NCBI GenBank assembly: GCA_964489015.1
Contig: CAZAXD010000001.1
Span: forward strand, 168,532-232,531
Source: an uncultured Sphingobacterium sp.
GTDB lineage: Bacteria; Bacteroidota; Bacteroidia; SpSt-205
Reading direction: 5' to 3'
DNA: 64,000 nt
The notes below the pieces were generated by a model that saw only the letters and a list, made by a program, of their open reading frames with translations, was not told where the DNA came from and made no database searches. The position numbers were made by a program, and so were the translations under genes. Of this stretch, positions 57,137 through 64,000 are shown piece by piece (position 1 is the stretch's first letter; each line of letters opens with the position of its first letter).

Positions 57137-57688
57137 CTATACGCTCCGAAAGCGAAGCTCTGTATTGCCTATTTTGAGCATATCCCCATCTTGCAAGACG
57201 CCTTCGTCGACGAGCTCACCATTGAGGAGCGTGCCGTTGGTGGAGAATTCATCCTTGAAGCGGACGGTATTGGTCCCAGGTCGAGCTAAGATCGTTAGGT
57301 GATGACCGGAAGCGCCGGGGTCTTGTAAAACGATGTCGCAGTGGGGGGCGGAGCCGATGGTGTTTTTGCCCTCATATAAGCGAAAGTCTACTCCATTAGG
57401 GTGCAAGGTAAAGCTCACGAGCCAACCGATCAATTTACGGTTGGAGGGCGCGCTCCGTTGGGTAGGGCTTATGCCGGGGCCCTGGTAGACTTGCGTTTTG
57501 CCCGGATCAAAAGGGGTGGCTTGACCTGGCGTGCCTCCTAAAATTTGTGTTTTTTTAGGGTCGAAGCTGGGGCTAGGCATGGCCGGCGGAATCGGGGCCG
57601 GAGCCGGGGGCTGGTCTGGGCCCATGACCTGTGTGCGCTTGAATTCATCTCCTTGGTGCAGCTGAGTATTCTCAAAAGGTGAGTTCAT
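57137..57688 (-). CDS. FHA domain-containing protein with N-terminal Pro-rich, TQ-repeat region
   Basis: 183 aa. C-terminal FHA motif (..NTIGSAPHCDIVLQDPGASGHHLTI.......FKDEFSTNGTLLNG..). N-terminus has three K-x-TQ-h-h-G repeats. Confidence 0.8.
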   Translation of the reverse strand: MNSPFENTQLHQGDEFKRTQVMGPDQPPAPAPIPPAMPSPSFDPKKTQILGGTPGQATPFDPGKTQVYQGPGISPTQRSAPSNRKLIGWLVSFTLHPNGVDFRLYEGKNTIGSAPHCDIVLQDPGASGHHLTILARPGTNTVRFKDEFSTNGTLLNGELVDEGVLQDGDMLKIGNTELRFRSV

Positions 57689-57727
57689 AAGGCAAAAATA
57701 AGGTTTTTAAGTAGTCTGGGGTCTCTA

Positions 57728-57735
57728 TACTTTTG
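57728..57735 (+). promoter_or_regulatory. putative -7 box TACTTTTG (TAnnTTTG) for the CzcA-like RND gene
   Basis: Motif TACTTTTG ends 6 nt before the ATG at 57742. Lies in the 44-nt divergent intergenic region shared with the FHA operon. Confidence 0.3.
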
Positions 57736-57741
57736 CGGCAT

Positions 57742-60700
57742 ATGTGGTCGGCCCTCTTACGGCTTAGTGTGCGCTCGACGCTTTTTACGCTGGGTGTGGT
57801 GCTAGTGGTCATGGGGCTCGGTCTGTATGGCGTTTTGCATATCGCCGTGGATGCCATTCCCGACATCACAAACAATCAGGTTCAGGTTTATGCGTACGGA
57901 CCGGGGTATTCGGCTGCTGAGATGGAGTTGCTTGTCACGCGTCCCTTAGAGCAGGCTCTGGCTACCGTTCCTAAACGGATAGAGTGGCGCTCCATTTCTC
58001 GAGCGGGTCTTTCCCTCGTTACAGTCGTATTTTCGGAGGAGGAAGACCCTGTTCGGGCTCGTAGCGCTGTGTATGAGCGCATCGGCGCTGTCACCTTGCC
58101 CGCCGGTGTGCAAGCGGAGATGGGTCCTTTGAGCACAGGCCTTAGTGAGGCCTATCAGTACTACCTCAAGCCGCAAATGCCAGTAAGCCTCCAGGAACTG
58201 CGGCTGATCCAGGATTGGGTGATTCGTCGGGAGCTACTAAATGTGCCGGGCGTAGCCGATATCAGCAGCTTTGGTGGGAGCGTACGCCGCTGGGAGGTGC
58301 TTATCGACCCTGCTGCGCTGCTGCGCTGGAACCTGAGCTTACAAGAGATAGAAGTCGCCCTTCAGAGATCCAATCAGCTCTTAGGGGGCGGCTATATTGA
58401 AAAGCAAGGGCAAACCGTTGCCTTCCGCATAGATGGATTGTGGCGAAATCCGGAGGAGATCGCAAGAACCGTCATTGGTGTGTATCAGGGGCGTCCTTTG
58501 CTATTACGAGATGTCGCTCGCATCCAGGAGGGAGCACTGCCCCGTTATGGCGCCTTGGTCAAGGACACCCTTGGAGAAATCGTGGGGGGCATCGTACTTC
58601 TGCGGCGCGGCGAAAATACCGCTCGCGTGGTGGCAGACCTCAAGGCCCACATTGCCGCCTTAGCGCCTAGACTACCTTATGGTATCCAAATCGTGTCTTT
58701 TCTAGATCGGGAGGCGCTCATCCATCGCTTGATTCGTACCGTTACGCAAAATCTGGTCGAGGCTGCCCTCATTGTCATAGGACTATTGACGTTTTTGCTG
58801 GCCAGCTGGCGGGCTGGGCTCTTAGCGGGGCTCGTCATACCCCTCTCTATGCTCTTTGCACTGGGCCTGATGCAACTGTCAGGCGTATCGGCTAATCTCA
58901 TGAGCTTGGGTGCGATAGATTTTGGCCTTATCGTCGACGGTACGGTCATCCTCATAGAAGCCGTTTTAGTTCGTCTGCGGTCTGAGCCGCAGCCCCTGCT
59001 TGCCGCCGAAGAGGCTAGCATCCAGATCCGCCAAGCTAGTCTCTTCGGAGAGCTCGTAGTCCTCTCAGTCTATTTACCGCTACTTTTTCTGCGAGGCGTC
59101 GAAGGGAAGCTCTTTCGGCCGATGGTGCTGACGATGATTTATGCGCTTGTCGGGGCTTTGGTGCTTTCGCTGACGCTAATACCCTGGCTTTCGGCCCGCT
59201 TCTTACGGCCCATTGCCCGTCATGGGCTGGCAGAACGTTTTTTTGATCGATTGGGCGTGCAATTCTGGAATCTTTACCGCTGGAGCGTGCGTCATCCGGT
59301 GATTCCGATACTGGTCTGGGTACTATGGGTGGTAGGCGGAGGTCTTCTCCTTCTAGGGCGGGAGAAAGTTTTTATGCCCGAGCTAGATGAAGGCGATTTC
59401 GCAGTAGAGACGCGTTTGCCCTTAGGGCGGGCTTTATCTGAAACCATCTCTTATACGCAAAAGCTAGCGAAAACTCTCCTTACTGAGATGCCCTGGGCCT
59501 TTTCGAGTGTGGTAGCTAAAATCGGTACTTCGGAGATCCCGATGGACCCCATGTTTGTGGAATCAGCCGACCTAATCGTGCATATTCGGCCCGAGGCGCC
59601 GCTCCCTAGAGTCCAGTTAGCTGATTCACTCAAGGCTGTGCTCGCCAGGCAGTACCCCGGCATTTTTTTCGGCGTACAGCAGCCCATCCAAATGCGGTTT
59701 AATGAGCTTTTAGCCGGGGCGCGCATGGATATCGTGGTCAAGCTCCTAGGACCCGATTTAGATACCCTTCTCAAGTATGGGGAAAAGTTAGCCGATTTGT
59801 GTGCAAACGTTCCTGGCGTCTCTGACCTAAGCCGTCCGCTCTTTTTTGGGGCTCAGACGATCGAGGTACGATGGAAACCGGAGCTTGTCTTGTTTTACGA
59901 GGTGGATTTGGTAGAGGCGCAAAAGCGCTTACAGGCTTTTAGGGCCGGTATACCCGTTTCCTGGCTGTATGAGGGGGAAAGGCGTATACCCGTTGCCCTT
60001 CGGCTCGAGGTTGAGCCTAGCTTAGCGACCTTAGAGGCGTTACCTATTCCGACTCGACGAGGCGGATATGTGACGCTCTCCAGCATTGCAGAGGTGAGGC
60101 TGCGCCCTGCTTACAATGAGATTCCTCATGCAGATGGGCAGCGGGCTTACGTCATTGGCATCAACGTTCGGGGGCGCGGGGTGTTCAGTGTCGTGACAGA
60201 AATTCAGCGACAAGCGAAGGCCCTGGCTTTGCCGCCAGGCTATTACCTGCGTTACGGCGGACAATGGCAAAACTACTTAGAGGCCCGCGAACGTCTCTTC
60301 TGGATAGCTCCCCTAACGGTCGCTCTCGTGGCTCTGCTCATGTACCTTACGTTAGCACGCTGGTGGGCCGTCGGACTGATTCTGCTGCTTTCGCTGAGTG
60401 CACCGGCGGGAGGCCTGCTAGCGCTGGCTGTACGGGACATGCCTTTTAGCTTATCGGCGGCCATAGGCCTGATTAGCGTTTTGGGTTTAGCTACCTTGCA
60501 AGGGACTGTACTCCTCAATCGACTACACGCTCTCATCAAGCAGGGGCATAAACCCCTTTACGCTTGGAAGGCAGCTATTCAGGAGCGAATCCGCCCCATC
60601 TGGGCCACGACCCTTGTCGCTTCAGCCGGGTTTCTGCCCATGGCCTTTTCTACCCAAGCCGGCGCAGAAGTTCAACGGCCCCTAGCTACCGTGGTGCTCG

Positions 60701-60846
60701 GCGGGCTGCTGATTAGTGCCTTTTTTACGTTATGGGTGTTGCCTCTAGTCTATAACCCGAAGCACCTCGTTGAGCCAGCTAAAAATTATAACCCAGGAAC
60801 AGGCCGACCTCCGTTAGATCGGTCCGAATCGGAGCCGAGTAGTTGA
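57742..60846 (+). CDS. CzcA/CusA-family heavy-metal efflux RND transporter permease
   Basis: ATG 57742 gives MWSALLRLSVRSTLFTLGVVLVVMGLGLYGV.., a CzcA-type N-terminus. The track start 57733 is a TTG extension. About 1035 aa, 12 TM. Confidence 0.85.
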   Translation: MWSALLRLSVRSTLFTLGVVLVVMGLGLYGVLHIAVDAIPDITNNQVQVYAYGPGYSAAEMELLVTRPLEQALATVPKRIEWRSISRAGLSLVTVVFSEEEDPVRARSAVYERIGAVTLPAGVQAEMGPLSTGLSEAYQYYLKPQMPVSLQELRLIQDWVIRRELLNVPGVADISSFGGSVRRWEVLIDPAALLRWNLSLQEIEVALQRSNQLLGGGYIEKQGQTVAFRIDGLWRNPEEIARTVIGVYQGRPLLLRDVARIQEGALPRYGALVKDTLGEIVGGIVLLRRGENTARVVADLKAHIAALAPRLPYGIQIVSFLDREALIHRLIRTVTQNLVEAALIVIGLLTFLLASWRAGLLAGLVIPLSMLFALGLMQLSGVSANLMSLGAIDFGLIVDGTVILIEAVLVRLRSEPQPLLAAEEASIQIRQASLFGELVVLSVYLPLLFLRGVEGKLFRPMVLTMIYALVGALVLSLTLIPWLSARFLRPIARHGLAERFFDRLGVQFWNLYRWSVRHPVIPILVWVLWVVGGGLLLLGREKVFMPELDEGDFAVETRLPLGRALSETISYTQKLAKTLLTEMPWAFSSVVAKIGTSEIPMDPMFVESADLIVHIRPEAPLPRVQLADSLKAVLARQYPGIFFGVQQPIQMRFNELLAGARMDIVVKLLGPDLDTLLKYGEKLADLCANVPGVSDLSRPLFFGAQTIEVRWKPELVLFYEVDLVEAQKRLQAFRAGIPVSWLYEGERRIPVALRLEVEPSLATLEALPIPTRRGGYVTLSSIAEVRLRPAYNEIPHADGQRAYVIGINVRGRGVFSVVTEIQRQAKALALPPGYYLRYGGQWQNYLEARERLFWIAPLTVALVALLMYLTLARWWAVGLILLLSLSAPAGGLLALAVRDMPFSLSAAIGLISVLGLATLQGTVLLNRLHALIKQGHKPLYAWKAAIQERIRPIWATTLVASAGFLPMAFSTQAGAEVQRPLATVVLGGLLISAFFTLWVLPLVYNPKHLVEPAKNYNPGTGRPPLDRSESEPSS

Positions 60847-61480
60847 CCACAAAGTCCACATTCCCGCTGTCATAGCGTCGCCGTTCGAAGGTCTGTGTCC
60901 CACTCGAAGCGGTCGTAAACAGTATAGAGAGCCCTAGTTGCAAGGTCTCTAGCACATTCACGCCGAAAACGACGCCGGTTGTCACGCCTAGTTGGAAGGC
61001 TGAGTGTTTATCTTGAATCCAGTACTTGGTGGCGCTTTGCTGGGCTCGGATTTCAGGAGCGCTGTATATATTCATCGCCAGATATAGCGGTACATACACA
61101 GATAGAATATCTAGCCGTCCGCCAGTACCCACACCAAATCCAACGCTCGTATGAGAGACACTCGGTACTTTGTCTAAAACGACGCCAGCGGGAAAGAGGC
61201 TATTGGGTTTGCCCAGCGCTTCTCTATCCATCGTTAGAAAGCTTTGGCTAAGACGCAGATTAAGACTCAGGTACGGCATGATAAAGGTCGTAACCTGAAA
61301 GCCTAAAGCAGCCCCAGACTTGAGATAGCCATGAGTGGGATAAATAGCCCCTTTGGCCGCCGAAGGCCCACTTGGCACAGCGCTGCCTAAAATCAAAGCC
61401 ACATAGCTATTAGCACTTTCGATCTGGGCCCATAATAGCCCTCCTGCGAGCAGCCCGATTAGTAGTCGCATCACCAGCAA
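60779..61480 (-). CDS. outer-membrane beta-barrel protein (OMP_b-brl_2 / PorT-like family)
   Basis: Signal peptide MLVMRLLIGLLAGGLLWAQ. Alternating amphipathic strands. C-terminal aromatic residue (..FLGYNF). 233 aa. Confidence 0.5.
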   Translation of the reverse strand: MLVMRLLIGLLAGGLLWAQIESANSYVALILGSAVPSGPSAAKGAIYPTHGYLKSGAALGFQVTTFIMPYLSLNLRLSQSFLTMDREALGKPNSLFPAGVVLDKVPSVSHTSVGFGVGTGGRLDILSVYVPLYLAMNIYSAPEIRAQQSATKYWIQDKHSAFQLGVTTGVVFGVNVLETLQLGLSILFTTASSGTQTFERRRYDSGNVDFVVNYSAPIRTDLTEVGLFLGYNF

Positions 61481-61519
61481 AGTTAGGTCTAAGCTTTCGA
61501 AGGATATTCCTCAGACTCC

Positions 61520-62215
61520 TTAGGCTACCCATTCTAATACGCCATCCCACAGGCTAGAGGCTTTGTATTGGAGCTTTCCCTCAGCGATCCAATTTAGCAA
61601 GATTAGGAGCGCAGCTACCCGATAGAGGCTAATCGCTGGCAGACTTTGCCATAAGGCCTTTAGCGTCTGGTAGGGCTCTCGGGCAAAGCGGCCCTGCAAA
61701 TCATGCTCGACTAGCTCTAGCCGGATAGGCGGCGGGGCGACTTGATAGGTAGTTTGGGCCTGCTCTTGTCTGGCAAGCACCGCCTGATAAGCCTGAAGCA
61801 GTTTCCAGGGAGAGATAGGTAAGAGTTCTGATTTAGTTGGCAGGTTTTCTTCGGATAGGCGGGCTACTCGATAGCTGTAGGTGGCTATTCGTTCCGCTAG
61901 CCATACCAAAGGCAGGTTGCTTAGCCCCGCAGCCGCTTGGGTAGGACTGACTAGCGTATCCGGCTCTGGCTCTGCAGTGGGTAAAAGAAAATGCGCTTTT
62001 AATCGGGAGAGATGCGCAAAAAACAGCAAAACACTGAGTCTATCCTCTAGGGGTAAGGCTTCTAAAAGTCTTAGTGCGGTCTGAATCATGTCCGATAGCG
62101 TAAGCTGCGTGAGGGGTACCTTTCCCCGTTCCGCAAAAAATAATAGCAGTTCTGAGGGCCCCTCATATAAGTCGGAGCTGAGCCAGAGTTCCCCGTCTTG
62201 CCAGTGAACCTCCAC
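61520..62215 (-). CDS. scpA: segregation and condensation protein A (kleisin)
   Basis: ..YEGPSELLLFFAERGKVPLTQLTLSDMIQTAL.. fits ScpA N-terminal motif FEGPLDLLL.LI.K.K.DI.DI.I..IT.QYL. Confidence 0.6.
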   Translation of the reverse strand: MEVHWQDGELWLSSDLYEGPSELLLFFAERGKVPLTQLTLSDMIQTALRLLEALPLEDRLSVLLFFAHLSRLKAHFLLPTAEPEPDTLVSPTQAAAGLSNLPLVWLAERIATYSYRVARLSEENLPTKSELLPISPWKLLQAYQAVLARQEQAQTTYQVAPPPIRLELVEHDLQGRFAREPYQTLKALWQSLPAISLYRVAALLILLNWIAEGKLQYKASSLWDGVLEWVA

Positions 62216-62247
62216 TCCCCAAAGGTACAGTCTCCTATCTTTGCGGC

Positions 62248-63987
62248 GTGAATCGTGGAGCGTGGATCGGTATATTCCTCATCACCGTGCTGATGTTCTT
62301 ATGGACGTTGTGGATAGCCCAGACAGCGAGTCCGGCCTCGGCTGTGTCTAAGCCGGATACGACGGTAGCTCGGGCAGATACCACGGTAGGCCTCGTGAGC
62401 ACGGCAGATTCCCTGGAGCTAGGCCCTTATGCGCCTTTCTTAGCGCAAACCGAGAGCTTATTGACGGTGGAAACGCCTCTATATCGGCTTGTTTTGAGTA
62501 CGAAGGGCGGGCAGATCCGTGCGCAGGCGCTCGCAGCGTACCAGGATGCAAACGGCGCTTCAGTTCGTTTGTGGCAGGAGAGCTATCATAGTCGGCTGAC
62601 CTTTGGAGATGGGCGCTACTTGGTGCCGCTACATAGCCTAGGTTTTAGTGTACTTTATACCCCACGCGCCTCCCTCCGTCAGGGACGAGATAGTGTAGTC
62701 TTTCGACTCAGCATCGCGCCGGACACATTCATTCAGATTAGCTACCTTCTGACAGCGGACGATTATCACATCACACGCCGGGTTTATTTTCATAATCTCC
62801 GTAACCGCTTGCGTAATCCTTATGTCACCCATAGTGTGAGCTTGACTACTCCCCAGACGGAGCAGTCTGCTGACTTGATGCGTCCCCATTGTGGGCTCTA
62901 CTACAAGCAAGCAGACGATGTCGAGCACCTCACGCCTGAAGACGAAGATCTTATTCAGAAAAACTTACAGGGGCGGATTCGATGGGTCTCGGTAAAGGGG
63001 CATTTTTTTGCGCAGATCTTTCGGGCTGGTGGGTTTTATGAGGCTGCTCGTTTGCGCAGTCTCCCCGTCCCAGGGCTACCCCAATACGAGCTTGAATTTC
63101 AACTGCCCCTGCAAGGTGAGACGGTAGAGGAGTCCTGGTACTTAGGACCGCTAAAGTTTAGCCTGGTGCGTCAGTATAAAGAGGACTATGACCGTCAGCT
63201 GAATCTGGGTTGGGCCTTTATTCGGTACATTAATACTGGCTTCATCCTGCCTATCTTCAGCTTTTTGGAGCAGTTTATTCCTTCCTATGGAATTATCATT
63301 TTGATACTGGCGGTCCTGGTCAAGCTCATCTTGTCGCCCCTTACTTGGCAGAGTTATCTGGCCACGGCACGCATGCAGGTCGTCAATGAACTGCCCGAGA
63401 TCAAGGCCCTAGACGAAAAGTACAAAGACGATCCTAATAAGCTCATGATTGAGAAATCGCTCCTTTACCGTCAGCTGGGTATCAATCCGCTCAGTGGCTG
63501 CTTGCCCCTGCTTTTACAAATGCCGCTCTTTTTTGCGATGGTGTCCTTTTTCCCTTCTGCTTTCGAGTTGCGTCAACAAAGCTTCTTATGGGCCAAGGAT
63601 TTATCGACGTACGATGCGCTAATAGCTTGGGGTGTTAAGATCCCTATCTTGGGTGATCACCTGAGTTTGTTTGCGCTGCTTACAGCGCTAACGACCTTAG
63701 CCTATACGTATTTATCGCCGCAGAGCACTTCAGCTACACCGGGCATGCGATGGCTACCCTATCTCACCCCGGTGATATTCTTTTTATTTCTAAACAGCTA
63801 TTCTGCAGCGCTAAGCTGGTACTACACGGTGCTAAATGTCCTAACCATAGGGCAGACCCTGCTTATGAAGCGATTTATTGATAAAGAAGCTATTATAGCT
63901 AGACTTCGTCAGCGCCAAAAGGCTAAGAATCCGGCGATAGGGCGGCAGCGCCAGCAGATGAGACGATGGGCACGGGGACGCCGCTAA
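62248..63987 (+). CDS. yidC: membrane protein insertase YidC (long form)
   Basis: 579 aa with large periplasmic domain. C-terminal 5-TM core has YidC motifs (..GCLPLLLQMPLFFAM..). Confidence 0.85.
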   Translation: MNRGAWIGIFLITVLMFLWTLWIAQTASPASAVSKPDTTVARADTTVGLVSTADSLELGPYAPFLAQTESLLTVETPLYRLVLSTKGGQIRAQALAAYQDANGASVRLWQESYHSRLTFGDGRYLVPLHSLGFSVLYTPRASLRQGRDSVVFRLSIAPDTFIQISYLLTADDYHITRRVYFHNLRNRLRNPYVTHSVSLTTPQTEQSADLMRPHCGLYYKQADDVEHLTPEDEDLIQKNLQGRIRWVSVKGHFFAQIFRAGGFYEAARLRSLPVPGLPQYELEFQLPLQGETVEESWYLGPLKFSLVRQYKEDYDRQLNLGWAFIRYINTGFILPIFSFLEQFIPSYGIIILILAVLVKLILSPLTWQSYLATARMQVVNELPEIKALDEKYKDDPNKLMIEKSLLYRQLGINPLSGCLPLLLQMPLFFAMVSFFPSAFELRQQSFLWAKDLSTYDALIAWGVKIPILGDHLSLFALLTALTTLAYTYLSPQSTSATPGMRWLPYLTPVIFFLFLNSYSAALSWYYTVLNVLTIGQTLLMKRFIDKEAIIARLRQRQKAKNPAIGRQRQQMRRWARGRR

Positions 63988-64000
63988 AATGGATAGGTTG

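Noticed and set aside
1-64000. CRISPR arrays, restriction-modification, toxin-antitoxin or other known defence cassettes
   Set aside because: No spaced direct-repeat arrays and no Cas, methyltransferase/endonuclease or TA-like gene products were recognised in any frame.

Overview
This is a chromosomal segment with high GC (about 55-58%), most likely from a member of the Bacteroidota. The evidence for the phylum is T9SS type A and type B C-terminal sorting domains, a fused SecDF, a long-form YidC, and TAnnTTTG -7 promoter boxes. The first ~9 kb is the conserved ribosomal-protein supercluster. Its order is rplX(partial)-rplE-rpsN-rpsH-rplF-rplR-rpsE-rpmD-rplO-secY-map-infA-rpmJ-rpsM-rpsK-rpsD-rpoA-rplQ, ending in tRNA-Thr. 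The rest is mostly housekeeping and cell-envelope genes. These include ribE, MoxR ATPase with an orphan SEDS glycosyltransferase, pepA, pdxA, a standalone NuoG-like Fe-S protein, and a cell-wall string (mltG, mtgA-like, LOG, acpH, murQ, purF, GT4, WecA-like). They also include gcvT, comB-like, rlmI, secDF, yidC, scpA, pdxH and ilvE. Interspersed with these are T9SS cargo proteins: an 890-aa type-B CTD adhesin and a ~1680-aa C25 gingipain/PorU-like peptidase with a type-A CTD. There are two RND permeases (HAE-like and CzcA-like), neither with an adaptor or outer-membrane partner. There is a tRNA-Gly/tRNA-Leu pair and a ChlI-like AAA+ ATPase. The most system-like element is a three-gene minus-strand operon at 54.9-57.7 kb: FHA protein, signal-peptide-vWA-TM-FHA membrane protein, and PP2C phosphatase. 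It resembles the T6SS threonine-phosphorylation regulatory module but has no kinase. No CRISPR array, integrase, transposase or recognisable defence system was seen.
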